DNA of 64,000 nucleotides, taken from NCBI RefSeq assembly GCF_000328665.1, contig NC_019977.1, positions 1,302,001-1,366,000 on the forward strand, given 5' to 3'. Every line of letters begins with the position of its first letter. Position 1 is the stretch's first letter. Below the pieces are notes generated by a model that ran no database searches, was not told where the DNA came from, and saw only the letters and a program-made list of their open reading frames with translations. This DNA comes from Methanomethylovorans hollandica DSM 15978. GTDB lineage: Archaea > Halobacteriota > Methanosarcinia > Methanosarcinales > Methanosarcinaceae. Shown piece after piece: positions 30,868 through 41,810 of this stretch. The position numbers and the translations under genes were made by a program.

Positions 30868-31083
30868 ATATGGAGGGATTACCCTTGAAAACAACAGAGA
30901 CAATAAAAGGGCATCTATCTTTAAACCTCGTTCTATTACCAGGACTATCCGCGCATTTGTGTCATCAGGCCCTGTATCCACCCTATCTCCTGTTTTTTCA
31001 TCACTTGGTCCTTCAACATGTGTTCCAATGAGAATAGCTGCAATGACAAGCAATGCTAAGACCAAAAAGAATAATTTTTTCAT
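30859..31083 (-). CDS. Short signal-peptide ORF, possibly truncated
   Basis: MKKLFFLVLALLVIAAILIG with GGGGAG upstream. Confidence 0.35.
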   Translation of the reverse strand: MKKLFFLVLALLVIAAILIGTHVEGPSDEKTGDRVDTGPDDTNARIVLVIERGLKIDALLLSLLFSRVIPPYLF

Positions 31084-31228
31084 AATTTACTCCCCAGAAA
31101 AACTTATAGAACGACCTATATTTAGATCTGCCTGCGTTGTAAAAAAATCATCTGCTGATATTTTATGAAATTTTTATTACCGTGTGGAAATTATAAGAGT
31201 TTCCGGTACCCACCTCACTGACCAAAGA

Positions 31229-31519
31229 TCAATCATCGCTACATTCACTTTCTTGTTTTTTCAAAATATTCTTTGTAGTACAGTATATCCATCTTTTATG
31301 CAATAACAGGTGTATTACTGTAAAAAGGGTCATCATTATGGCCGATCTGTTGTGTATGAGCGTCCATGTAGCTTTTGTAATTCCTATGTATTCCTGATAT
31401 CTCCCCCGTGGCACACCCGAAGGTATCGCAAAGTACATAACAAATCCTGTTACTGCAACTATCAGGAATATTACGGTCAAAATGACATCTACTGAATAAT
31501 TTAGTTTCATCCTGTTCAT
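31229..31519 (-). CDS. DUF4405 membrane protein
   Basis: VTG...W..IH.......IHLLLHKRW. Confidence 0.8.
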   Translation of the reverse strand: MNRMKLNYSVDVILTVIFLIVAVTGFVMYFAIPSGVPRGRYQEYIGITKATWTLIHNRSAIMMTLFTVIHLLLHKRWIYCTTKNILKKQESECSDD

Positions 31520-31683
31520 TTATTCTCCTCATTAGAAAACCAATGTTAAGTCAAAACGTATTTGAGCATATATATGTTAAACGAAGAAATTGTCTGTGAA
31601 CAAGAACATATGGATCTATACAATTATCAGGCGGGTTTGAAATAACAGAAAAAAAATTACCGCTTCAAAGAAGTTCCGATCCG

Positions 31684-32976
31684 GTGTACAATGATCTTAA
31701 CTATTGGATCAAACACGAAGCAATTACTTTATCATTCGATCCTCCGGAAAGCTTCAACAATTCCATTGACAGAATAATAGCTTCACTTGATGACTCTGTT
31801 GAGCTGCTCGGCTTTGGAGAAGCCCTCCATGGAGGCGAGGACATTCTGATACTGCGCAACAGGCTCTTTCAGCGCTTGGTGGAGAAGCATGGATACAGTG
31901 CCATTGCCATCGAGAGTAGTTTTCCCAGAGCGCATGTAGTGAATGAATACATAGCTGGCCGCGGCCCCGAATCTTATGAAAAGGTACAGGACACAGGATT
32001 TAGTCACGGTTTCGGAAGCTTAGAAGCAAATCGCGAACTTGTTGAATGGATGCGGGAATACAATGCAAATCCATCCCACGAGATCAAGCTCCGGTTCTAC
32101 GGCTTTGACAGTCCGACCGAAATGATGTATGCCGACAGCCCAGGCCAGGTCTTGCATTTTGTGCTGGATTACCTTGCCTCTCTTGATAACATCAGCGGCA
32201 GGTATCATCAAGAGATTATAGACCCGCTTCTTGGTGATTATGCAGAGTGGGAGAACCCCGCTGCAATGATGGATCCGACCAGATCGGTGGGCATGTCACC
32301 AAATGCTATTGCGCTTCGGATGGAGACAGAAGATCTGATTTCAGAATTAAATGAAAGACGTCCAGAAATGATAGCTAAAAGCGATGAAGATCACTATATG
32401 GAAGCCGTACAATACGCAACAGTTGCCCGGAAGTTGCTGAACTATCACGCCATATCAGCCCGGGATTCAGAAAACAGGCTATTAAGGCTTCTTGGTGTTC
32501 GCGATGCGATGATGGCGGAAAATCTGTTGTATATAGTATCCCGTGAAGGAAGCAGAGGAAAAGTTCTGGCTTTTGCACACAACAGCCATTTACAAAGAGG
32601 AAAGGCCCACATGCAACTGGGCCCTTACGCATTAACGTGGTGGCCGGCAGGAGCACATTTGCATGAGATATTTGGTCCACGTTACTCTAATATTGGTTCG
32701 GCGGTAGGCATCTCCGATGCCAACGGCATCTGTCAGCCGGAAGCAGGCACTCTTGAAGCATTGCTGACCGGTTTGCAGGGGACTGTTCGGTTCATTCCAA
32801 CTCATAGAGGTACAGGACTCCCAGCTTCAGAAATCGCCGCTCTTGCAAATCGCTCGGGAAGTATGAAGAACCCTACCTACTTCGTACTAACTTCTCAGAG
32901 CCTCACAGATTTCGACTGGCTGGCTGTTCTGGATTCAACAACTTACAGCCGGGGTGGCCCACAACTTCAAGAATAG
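31684..32976 (+). CDS. Erythromycin esterase family protein
   Basis: LGFGEALHG, IAIES, LRFYGFD, RDAMMAENL, AHNSH. Confidence 0.9.
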   Translation: MYNDLNYWIKHEAITLSFDPPESFNNSIDRIIASLDDSVELLGFGEALHGGEDILILRNRLFQRLVEKHGYSAIAIESSFPRAHVVNEYIAGRGPESYEKVQDTGFSHGFGSLEANRELVEWMREYNANPSHEIKLRFYGFDSPTEMMYADSPGQVLHFVLDYLASLDNISGRYHQEIIDPLLGDYAEWENPAAMMDPTRSVGMSPNAIALRMETEDLISELNERRPEMIAKSDEDHYMEAVQYATVARKLLNYHAISARDSENRLLRLLGVRDAMMAENLLYIVSREGSRGKVLAFAHNSHLQRGKAHMQLGPYALTWWPAGAHLHEIFGPRYSNIGSAVGISDANGICQPEAGTLEALLTGLQGTVRFIPTHRGTGLPASEIAALANRSGSMKNPTYFVLTSQSLTDFDWLAVLDSTTYSRGGPQLQE

Positions 32977-33077
32977 ATGTAAATAAAATTATTACCATCT
33001 GTTTTTGATCGAAATGATGATGTTTTTCAGGCATATAATTATCAGGAGATTTTGCAGTGCCGTTTATGAGTTGTATT

Positions 33078-33413
33078 TCATTCACGATCATGATGAAATT
33101 GCCATGCAATACCAAACTTATCGGTCACCATGCCGTAAAGTTTGCTCCAGAACGTTTCCTGAAGGTCCATTACCACAGTACCTTCAGCTTTGAGTACGCT
33201 GAAAATTGACCTTATTCTATCCATTTCCTTACTGATAATTACAAGGCCGATATTGTTCCCAAGGATAAAAGGCATACCCGGGGGAACATCAGAGCACATC
33301 ACAGTGCTTCCCTCTATTTCCAGAGCAGTATGCATTACCAAATCCTTGATTTCTTCCGTCAAGGAGAAGTCCATATCTTCCGGTGCATCCAAAAACAAAA
33401 TGATATGAACCAA
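33078..33413 (-). pseudogene. VOC/PhnB family protein, N-terminally truncated
   Basis: VMHTALEI, LQETFWSKLYGMVTDKFGIAW; the first ~30 aa of the family are missing. Confidence 0.7.
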
Positions 33414-33497
33414 ACAAACTTTTTATATCAAACCCTTGCATTTAGTCATATAGCAACTATCGGATCGTCTAAATCAAGTAATTTTATGGGAACGTGC

Positions 33498-34148
33498 ATG
33501 ACAGTATATGAGAACGTTAAGTCCATCCTCATGGAAATTGGAACCACAAAACTTGTCTGTGTTACCAAAACGGTGGACCCGGCAAAGATCAATGAATCTA
33601 TTCGCGCCGGAGCCACTATCATAGGAGAGAGCAGGGTTAAGGAATACGAGGACAAACGTGATGAACTGCTGCCATGTGAAAAGCACTTAATAGGCCATTT
33701 ACAATCAGGAAAAGTAAAAAAAGCCGTTGAGTTCTTTGATGTGATCCAGTCGGTCGATTCCCTGAAGCTCATAAAGGAGATCGATGAGAAAGCAAGGGCA
33801 AGGACTAAGGTGCAGCAGGTCTTTCTGCAGGTAAATATTGGTAGTGAACCGCAGAAATTCGGCTTCGCAGAAAGTGAGATCCCACAGATGATTGCACATA
33901 TACATGAACTCGGAAATATTCATGTGCAAGGACTAATGTGCATACCTCCTTTTGATACTCCTGAGGAAACGCGTACATATTTCAGGAGGATGAAGAACCT
34001 GTTTCACGCACTGCAGCAGAAAAACCACGATAACATCGATATCCAGGAACTGTCAATGGGTATGTCCAACGATTACAGGATAGCGATAGAGGAAGGAGCC
34101 ACAATGGTGCGCATTGGCTCCTCTATATTCGGAGACAGAAAATACTAA
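33498..34148 (+). CDS. yggS: YggS/PROSC PLP-homeostasis protein
   Basis: LVCVTK, HLIGHLQS, GLMCIPP, LSMGMSND, VRIGS. Confidence 0.93.
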   Translation: MTVYENVKSILMEIGTTKLVCVTKTVDPAKINESIRAGATIIGESRVKEYEDKRDELLPCEKHLIGHLQSGKVKKAVEFFDVIQSVDSLKLIKEIDEKARARTKVQQVFLQVNIGSEPQKFGFAESEIPQMIAHIHELGNIHVQGLMCIPPFDTPEETRTYFRRMKNLFHALQQKNHDNIDIQELSMGMSNDYRIAIEEGATMVRIGSSIFGDRKY

Positions 34149-34636
34149 AGTTTTATTTAGTTGATAGCGGTTTCCAATCATTTCCAGTATATCATATTTC
34201 GGTTCTTAATCCCGAATCTTTCTGCTGAAATCCATTTCCTTCCCAGTTACAATAAGAAGAAAAATATCTCGATAGCTGCACACATGGTCTGAAGCATATC
34301 CCTCGGGCATAGACAGGGAGCTTCATATAGAGGTATAGATCAACAGTTTTCAGAAAACATGAAGCAGAGGTTTATATAGGATTACCGTTTTTCTTAACAG
34401 CTCCACTTAAGTGAGGCTGTATAAACTCATCTACTTAAATGCTTTTTGAATAATTATTTTGTCTTTCTTCCGTGTATGAGTCTCTGTCTACTAAGCCCAC
34501 CGTTTTTCACCTACTGATCTTCGGTTAAAGTTTATTATAGAATTAATACTATATAAAAATATTCACAATAATATATGTGGAAGTTTATATAATTGTGCAG
34601 CGATTCTATCAAAAATAATCTTACAGCAAGTAATGA

Positions 34637-34674
34637 AAATTAAATTAAATTAAATTAAATTAAATTAAATTAAA
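34637..34674. repeat. (AAATT)7 microsatellite
   Basis: Seven perfect pentamers plus AAA. Confidence 0.95.
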
Positions 34675-34873
34675 GTGGATTCAGATCAACTCTCTGTTTT
34701 TTATGCCAATGTCCATGTGTAATGTACAATTAATACCATGCTTCAAGTGTCACATATCCCTTCCAAAGATTATCCTCCCTTCTATTACACTCTGTGAAAT
34801 CACAACTTTACTTATATTTACATGTTAAAGTTTCCTAAATATGTTTATCTATTGATCTGTCAACCTTTTTATA

Positions 34874-37459
34874 GTGAAAGTTCCTTCACTTGGAGAAAAT
34901 GATGTACCTTTAAATTTGGACCCGGGTAAAAAGATGAACTCTCCAGCAATTGAAATGAAGTGTAGAAAGCCTGAGATACTGGCTCCGGCAGGCGATATGG
35001 AAGCATTGAAGGCAGCTATAAAAGGAGGAGCAGATGCCATATATCTGGGTGTGGGTGAGTTCAATGCACGCCAGGGTGCTACCAATTTTACCGTGGAGAA
35101 ACTGGAAGAAGGTATAGATCTTGCTCATTCTTATAATATTTTGGTATTCCTGGCACTGAATATCCCAATCAAGGAACATGAACTTCCTTCGGTGCTCGAG
35201 ATAGTTCATAGTTCTTATATGATAGGTATAGATGCAGTCATTGTAGAAGATCTCGGACTTGTGGATATACTGCACAGCAGATATCCCGACCTTCCTCTTC
35301 ACATAAGTACGCAGGTCACTGTGCACAATACAGCTGGAGTGCACTTTCTTGAACAAATGGGTGTTTCCCGTACTATCCTTTCCAGGGAACTTACAACAAG
35401 CGAACTGAAGCATATAATAGATAATACTAACATCAGTGCTGAGATCTTTGTGCATGGTGCCTTGTGTTATTCTTACTCCGGCAGATGTCTCTTCAGCAGT
35501 TTTCTCACTGATCGCAGTGCAAACAGGGGCGCATGCGCTCAGCCCTGCCGCAGACGCTACAGGTTATTCGTTGATGGCGGGGATGTAAGTAACCTGATGG
35601 ATGGTGAGTATCCCATAAGCTGCGCTGAACTGTGTACTCTTGGAGGGATAAGGGAAATAATAGACACCGGTGTGCAAAGCCTGAAAATAGAAGGCAGGAT
35701 GAAAAAACCGGAATATGTTACGGCCAGTTCCAGAGCCTATAAGACAGCTGTGGAAAAAGCATGTGCCAGCGGAAAGAACCTCGAAGACGCCGAACTCACT
35801 TCCATGAAGACTGAACTTGCCAAGCTGTTCTATCGGGGTTTTACGGACGGTTTTGTACTTGGAGCTCACGATGTGACACATGCAAAATACAGCTCCAATT
35901 ACGGTGTTCTTCTCGGAAAAGTAAAAGAGGTCCTATATGCGGATAACAGTGCCGGTATCAAGCTGTTTCTTGAAGACAATGTACATGTGAATGATGGTGT
36001 GAGCATAAATACCAATAAAAAAATGCTTGGTTCTAAGATCAATGCTATTGAACTCCTTAACCGGAAAAAGGTTGAAAGAGCAGAAAAAGGCACTACTGCA
36101 ATTCTGCATATTAGCCCAAAAACAGCAAAAGCAGTGCGTAGCGGCGATGAGGTATATATCTCCACAGATACTGAACTATTGGATGACCTGCAAAAGCAGG
36201 AATTGATCAAAATTCCTGTGGACATTCATGTAAAAGCTTTCAGGGGCCAGCCGCTTTGGATCAAGGTAACTGAGAGCAGATGCAGTGTTGAATATTTCGA
36301 TGAATATATGGTACAGGAAGCCAGAAGTGCCCCTACCACACAGGAGCAGATAATAAAATCCATTGATAAACTGGGGGATACTCCATATCATGCTGGCTCC
36401 ATAGAAGTAGATGCTGATAATGAAATATTCATACCTGTAGGCGTGCTTACTGCTGCCAGGCGTAATGCGCTGGACAAACTCAGACACAATATTCTACAAA
36501 GTTACAAAAGGACATCCCCTTCTTTTCAGCTATGTGATGTTGTTTCCTGCTCTGGCTTGCCTTCCTCTGCATCCCTGGAACCTACTTCATTTTCACGATC
36601 CCATGGAAAACAGCAGCAGGACAAGCCCCTCATGAGTGTGGAAGTAGGTGATATTGCATCTTTGTTCCTGGCTGCGAGAAATGGGGCTGATATAGTATAT
36701 TTGCCACTGGATTGTTTTGAGGAGCTGTTCCGGGATAACAATAATGCATCCCTGGAAGAGATCAGAACAAAAGGTACGGAGATAGTATTCATCACACCTC
36801 AGATCACCCATGACAGTGAAATGGAAGCCCTGATGCCCCTTATTTCAGCTGTGAAGCACGCTGGCTATAATCTCGCCTGCTCCAATCTTGGAACCTTACA
36901 GCTTGCCAGGGAATTCAATATCCCCTTTGTTGCACAGAAGGAATTCAATATATACAATTCGTACACTGCTCTTCGTTTTTTTAATTCGGGAGCTTACCGT
37001 GTCACTCTTTCCAGTGAACTGAACCTTGAAGAGATCGGAAATGTCTGCAAGGCACTGGCAGCCTGCAAGCACCCCGTACAATCAGAGGTGCAAATACATG
37101 GACGGGAACTTATGCTCATCACCAATAATGATCTGCTAGGACCGATAGCAGCCCGGAGCCTGCTTGGTGAAGGTGCTGAAGTATATCTGGAAGATCAGCA
37201 AGGTAGTAAATTCCCCCTTAAAAGGATCGGACATAGGACACTTATATATGATGCAAAGGTTTTGAACATGGCAGAGCATGCGGAGCAACTGCTTTCATCA
37301 GGAGTACATGTTCTGAGGCTTGATCTGTCTCTTTACAAAGGGAAAGCCATAAGGGATATCATAAGAAACTATAGGCTGGCATTGGATCAAAAGCGAATAC
37401 GAAATATAATATATAAAGGGGAAACAGTAACTACCGGTCATTTTTTCAAGGGAGTATGA
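34874..37459 (+). CDS. U32 family Fe-S protein with DUF3656-like region (RlhA-like RNA hydroxylase)
   Basis: PEILAPAG, HGALCYSYSGRC...NRGACAQPCR, LKIEGRMK; true start probably 34934 or 34955. Confidence 0.88.
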   Translation: MKVPSLGENDVPLNLDPGKKMNSPAIEMKCRKPEILAPAGDMEALKAAIKGGADAIYLGVGEFNARQGATNFTVEKLEEGIDLAHSYNILVFLALNIPIKEHELPSVLEIVHSSYMIGIDAVIVEDLGLVDILHSRYPDLPLHISTQVTVHNTAGVHFLEQMGVSRTILSRELTTSELKHIIDNTNISAEIFVHGALCYSYSGRCLFSSFLTDRSANRGACAQPCRRRYRLFVDGGDVSNLMDGEYPISCAELCTLGGIREIIDTGVQSLKIEGRMKKPEYVTASSRAYKTAVEKACASGKNLEDAELTSMKTELAKLFYRGFTDGFVLGAHDVTHAKYSSNYGVLLGKVKEVLYADNSAGIKLFLEDNVHVNDGVSINTNKKMLGSKINAIELLNRKKVERAEKGTTAILHISPKTAKAVRSGDEVYISTDTELLDDLQKQELIKIPVDIHVKAFRGQPLWIKVTESRCSVEYFDEYMVQEARSAPTTQEQIIKSIDKLGDTPYHAGSIEVDADNEIFIPVGVLTAARRNALDKLRHNILQSYKRTSPSFQLCDVVSCSGLPSSASLEPTSFSRSHGKQQQDKPLMSVEVGDIASLFLAARNGADIVYLPLDCFEELFRDNNNASLEEIRTKGTEIVFITPQITHDSEMEALMPLISAVKHAGYNLACSNLGTLQLAREFNIPFVAQKEFNIYNSYTALRFFNSGAYRVTLSSELNLEEIGNVCKALAACKHPVQSEVQIHGRELMLITNNDLLGPIAARSLLGEGAEVYLEDQQGSKFPLKRIGHRTLIYDAKVLNMAEHAEQLLSSGVHVLRLDLSLYKGKAIRDIIRNYRLALDQKRIRNIIYKGETVTTGHFFKGV

Positions 37460-37755
37460 CCCTTTTTGATGGATTTTTATTTACGTTGACCTTTGTTCCC
37501 GGAGGTTTTTCGGACAATACATTGTGAAATTATAATGGCATTATAATTTTTGATGTCATACTAAATTAACTTCAATTTATGTTATATAGAATAAGGATTA
37601 TCTCAAAGAGTGCCGCTTGAGAGCATTTCTCGAGAGGACTGATAGCGGGTTGGAAAACGGGGAATTCCCATGGGAGTGGGTTCATGAAAATGGTGTCTTT
37701 GTGTTGAAAGACACGCATTTTCATATGAGAAGGGATACATAAAGAGATGTAAACA

Positions 37756-37893
37756 ATGGGATCGTTGAAGAGATGTCCGGAATGTCATGCGAAATTTCTG
37801 GAAGTTGAAAAAGGCATGCAGGTCTGCAAAGTGTGTGGCTACTGGACAAAAAAAGGTACAGCAAGAATTGAATCAATAATGATATATGGGTGA
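37756..37893 (+). CDS. Zn-ribbon microprotein, 45 aa
   Basis: MGSLKRCPECHAKFLEVEKGMQVCKVCGYW...; two CxxC; below the ORF track cutoff. Confidence 0.7.
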   Translation: MGSLKRCPECHAKFLEVEKGMQVCKVCGYWTKKGTARIESIMIYG

Positions 37894-37902
37894 GGGGAAA
37901 AA

Positions 37903-38028
37903 ATGAGTGGGACCTTAAAGAGAATATGCATCAATTGTAAAAGCGCACTGAAAAAACAACAACTTGGATTAAGCGTTTTGTATTATTGTCCACATTGCGG
38001 TGTCATGACCACTGCAAATATAATATGA
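37903..38028 (+). CDS. Zn-ribbon microprotein, 41 aa
   Basis: MSGTLKRICINCKS...YYCPHCGVMTTANII; GAGGGG upstream; two CxxC. Confidence 0.7.
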   Translation: MSGTLKRICINCKSALKKQQLGLSVLYYCPHCGVMTTANII

Positions 38029-38098
38029 GATAAAAAAAAGAGTTGATACTGCACTCTTTATTTCTTTTTTTTCCCTGATATTCTTTTTTCAGATGAAC

Positions 38099-38476
38099 TT
38101 ACAATGGTACCGTTTCTTTCAGATGGGATCTTACAGTATTCCTAAAATAATGAATGTCAATAGGCTTTGAAATATACCCGCTGCATCCGGCTTTGATAAA
38201 AATTTCTTCATCGCCTCTCATGGAGTAGGCTGTGAGAGCTACTACAGGTATGTCTTTTGTATTCATATCTGATTTAATCTTGGAGAGTACCTCCATTCCA
38301 TCCATTTTAGGAAGCTGGATGTCCAGGAGTATCAGATCCACTCTTTGTTCTTTGACCTTTTCCAAAGCTTCAAAACCATCGATTGCCTGGATAACATAAT
38401 AGCCAAAAGATTCCAGCAGATCAACGGTCAGTTCCATGTTTATCGGATTGTCCTCTACGACCAGTATTCTTTCCAT
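38099..38476 (-). CDS. Single-domain response regulator (receiver)
   Basis: ILVVEDN, LILLDIQLP.MDG, ALTA, YISKP. Confidence 0.93.
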   Translation of the reverse strand: MERILVVEDNPINMELTVDLLESFGYYVIQAIDGFEALEKVKEQRVDLILLDIQLPKMDGMEVLSKIKSDMNTKDIPVVALTAYSMRGDEEIFIKAGCSGYISKPIDIHYFRNTVRSHLKETVPL

Positions 38477-38639
38477 TTAATTCACTTCTTTTAGATTTTA
38501 TGGCCGGTATTAGTCAGTACATAAAGTATCTTGAACAGATTGTACATACTAATTTTAGATCATATTTTATATAATCAATAGTATTTTTATACTATATAAC
38601 TATATTTGAACCTTTGATATCAGATACCAGGAATCAAAC

Positions 38640-39434
38640 TTATTTGATTTCTTTTCTTCTTGCAAGTGCACTACAAAAACATTTCTCTATCAGGTCTAAG
38701 TTTCCATCCATCTCAATGATCTCAAAATTAAATTTTCTGGCAAATTCTTCCACCCTGTCATCAAATCCCTGCTCGTAGACCAGACCTGTGTTCAGCTTTG
38801 CTACTTTTTTGTAGCCTGCATAATCAAAAACATACTTTGCCATTTTGATGTTATCCGGATCATTAGTTATTCCCGCAGACATGATCATTTCTTTCCAGTT
38901 GGCAGCCCACATAGGAGTCATAAAAAAAGTGCCTATTCCTCTGAAACTTTTCAATTTAGAAAGATAGGCGGCCCTTCCACCGAGCACTGCTCCTATACAG
39001 TCATCTACTATTTCACCATTTTCTTCCTTAAGGATATATACCGGACAGGCACATTTGCTCATTTCGGTTTCTACCTTACGCAAAACATTACCGCACAGAC
39101 CATAGAATAAGAGGACGGTCTGTGAGTATGCGCTCATCTGTTCTATTTTTCCGTAAACCGTGCTTCTGAGATTTTCAGGTATTGCATGTAATGCAAGTTC
39201 AAGCATATGAATTACAACTATAGTACTATCCGGAGAAATATCTTTTATGAACTCTGGTACTTTTTCAAGAGATAAAGCATTATATGTACATCCAGATTGA
39301 TCTAATTTTCTGGCAATGCTTGTACTATTCTCATCCTCGACCAGGACCAGCGCAGCAAAATTCCCGTGTTTTTCTATCATGTAGACGAGCTCATCCTCGA
39401 ACATCCTGCAGGCAATGATACTAAGCACGAACAT
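38640..39434 (-). CDS. DUF1638 domain protein
   Basis: IIACRMFEDE, LELALH, FYGLCGN, VDDCIGAVLGG. Confidence 0.85.
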   Translation of the reverse strand: MFVLSIIACRMFEDELVYMIEKHGNFAALVLVEDENSTSIARKLDQSGCTYNALSLEKVPEFIKDISPDSTIVVIHMLELALHAIPENLRSTVYGKIEQMSAYSQTVLLFYGLCGNVLRKVETEMSKCACPVYILKEENGEIVDDCIGAVLGGRAAYLSKLKSFRGIGTFFMTPMWAANWKEMIMSAGITNDPDNIKMAKYVFDYAGYKKVAKLNTGLVYEQGFDDRVEEFARKFNFEIIEMDGNLDLIEKCFCSALARRKEIK

Positions 39435-39485
39435 GTGATCACCTTTAAATCCAGAGGATTATATGAGCTTCAGCTTTATAAAGAG

Positions 39486-39564
39486 GTCACACCCTTGCGG
39501 AGTACGCTGTGGACATATCCAAAAGACAGAGTTATTAAGAGAATAAAAGACATGATTTATAGTT
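39486..39564. repeat. 79-bp direct repeat A (second copy at 45935-46013)
   Basis: Two mismatches between copies. Confidence 0.95.
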
Positions 39565-39648
39565 AAACACCGATGGTTTGTAACTTATGAATGCTAAAAT
39601 CGCATTCAATAGATGGTGATGTTAATACCATAAGTTTCAAACAAATGG

Positions 39649-40548
39649 TTAATAACTATAATTATAAGATAGTTGATTCTTACCTTTTTGCCAAAATTCT
39701 TCGAATTTTACATGTAGTTCATTTGACAATTCTCGGTCATATATTTTTATCATGCCAAAAATTTTATCTACAGAAAGCGGATCATTGATTTCTAATATTA
39801 CCAGATCCAAGTCAATCAATATAAACCTGTTAGGAGTATCCAGAGCCTTTACTTCAAGATGTTCCGATAAATTCTGTATTAAGACTTCATCTTCTGCAGA
39901 ATTATGCCATTCCCTCAGGGCTTCAGACAAAGTTGGATTTGGATCTATCATTCTTATTTTAATTCCTTTTTTCACTAACGGAAGAAGAGTATCATGGAAC
40001 ATTGAAGCAAACATATTCTTGAATTGATTGGATTCCATTGATCTTATATTCCCTGGAACAACAACACAAATTTCATTTTTAGCTTCATGGTAAACATTTT
40101 TGATCATTTTCATGACCTCTTCGTCTCCCATTGCCGCCGACCAGAAATACTTCTCTCTCTCTTCCTGAATATTATAATGTGATAAAGCTTTTTTAAGATC
40201 ATCTACTGTTTTTCTCAGTGTGCTCAGCTCTCTTTGCATTTCATTTTCTTTCCGCATGAAGAAATTTTCAAAAGCTAAATTTGCTTCAATTGCACGATAT
40301 TTTTTTGGTCTGGAATGCTGGACTTCGACAAATCCCATGTTTTCCAGATTATCAAGCACTGCATAAATTTTGCCTGTTGGTATTTTTGACCTTTTTGAAA
40401 GTAGATTCGCATCTGTAAATCCTTCTTTCAAGAGAGTCAAATAAGCAGCTGCCTCATACTTATTGAATCCTGCATTCCTTAGCCACTGTTCATATTCTAT
40501 CGTTGAACTACTTTGAGGTTTATTGTGGAGTGAAAATCCCATATACAA
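39649..40548 (-). CDS. TrmB family transcriptional regulator
   Basis: GFNKYEAAAYLTLL...SKIPTGKIYAVL..L...GFV...SRPKKY. Confidence 0.9.
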   Translation of the reverse strand: MYMGFSLHNKPQSSSTIEYEQWLRNAGFNKYEAAAYLTLLKEGFTDANLLSKRSKIPTGKIYAVLDNLENMGFVEVQHSRPKKYRAIEANLAFENFFMRKENEMQRELSTLRKTVDDLKKALSHYNIQEEREKYFWSAAMGDEEVMKMIKNVYHEAKNEICVVVPGNIRSMESNQFKNMFASMFHDTLLPLVKKGIKIRMIDPNPTLSEALREWHNSAEDEVLIQNLSEHLEVKALDTPNRFILIDLDLVILEINDPLSVDKIFGMIKIYDRELSNELHVKFEEFWQKGKNQLSYNYSY

Positions 40549-40640
40549 ACAACCACATAGTTGTTTATAATTATTGTGTTATGAGATATCATGCTTTAAT
40601 ATACATTTACAAAATATTACCAAATAACAAGGTGTCCTTT

Positions 40641-41810
40641 ATGAAAATAAACACACGAAATATCACCGTCTTTATGTTAATTCTATCACTGATCATTGGT
40701 ACATCAATCGTATCTTCTGCGAAAATCAGTGGAATTGGAATAAACGCCATGGAAGTCACGCCACTGCCGGCAGAGCCTGGGAACGATGTTACTCTTAAGA
40801 TAAGGGTCACAAACGAAGGTGTGCAGAAAATCGAAGACTTTTCAGTTAAGATAAATGTGACGTATCCTTTCCACTTAAAGAGCGAAAGTAAAAATTTCGA
40901 GAACAAGAGGACATTAAGTGTAGGTTCATATGTGGATAATATCTATTATTTAACAGTTGATGCAGATGCAATATCTGGTCTCTATCCAGTAGAATTTGAC
41001 ATTTATGTCAACGATGTAATACTTAATCCATCAGATAACAACATTTATATTCAGGTTGTTGGAAAACCGGACCTTACAATAAAGGCCGATGCCATTGATA
41101 ATATCGCCCCGGGAGATACATTTCCATTAAAGATTTCTGTGAATAATATTGGTACGGGCCTGGCAAAGAATGTAAAAGTCATTTCTGAATCTGAAAGCAT
41201 ATTGATACTTGGGTCCAACATTGCACTGATCGAGAAGATAATGCCGGCAGAGACATCACAAATCGAAAGTAGTTTTATTGCAAAAAATGATATGCATCCC
41301 GATGCACATCAATTTCCTATAACACTCAAATATATTGATGAACTGGGTGCAAATCATACTTCAACATACAATATCGGAATCAACATACTGAACCGTGCAG
41401 ACATTGGAATCCAGAGTATAAAGGTAAATCCAGCCCAGATCACTTCCCTCGACGAAGTTCACATTACCGGAATTATTGAGAATACGGGAAATGGTGCTGC
41501 AGAGCAGGTGGTTGTGGAACTGAAAAATGAAGACACAAGCTACAAATCTTTCATCGGACAGCTCAGAAACGACGATGATTCTCCTTTCTATTTTGATATC
41601 GATCCAGGTTCTGCAGGGAAAAAGGATCTTAACATAACCATATACTACAAAGATGATTTTGGCTCACATAATATCCAGCAGTCAATACCAATGGAAGTAG
41701 AAAGACCAAAGACCAATATTATCCTGGTCATTGCCCTGTTGATCGTAATAGCCATACCAGTAGCTTATCTTGTATATAAGAGAAGGCGGAGTGAAAATGG
41801 AGAACAATGA
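40641..41810 (+). CDS. COG1361 S-layer-like protein
   Basis: Signal peptide, repeated N.G.G.A Ig-like modules, C-terminal TM plus basic tail; precedes ABC genes. Confidence 0.8.
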   Translation: MKINTRNITVFMLILSLIIGTSIVSSAKISGIGINAMEVTPLPAEPGNDVTLKIRVTNEGVQKIEDFSVKINVTYPFHLKSESKNFENKRTLSVGSYVDNIYYLTVDADAISGLYPVEFDIYVNDVILNPSDNNIYIQVVGKPDLTIKADAIDNIAPGDTFPLKISVNNIGTGLAKNVKVISESESILILGSNIALIEKIMPAETSQIESSFIAKNDMHPDAHQFPITLKYIDELGANHTSTYNIGINILNRADIGIQSIKVNPAQITSLDEVHITGIIENTGNGAAEQVVVELKNEDTSYKSFIGQLRNDDDSPFYFDIDPGSAGKKDLNITIYYKDDFGSHNIQQSIPMEVERPKTNIILVIALLIVIAIPVAYLVYKRRRSENGEQ

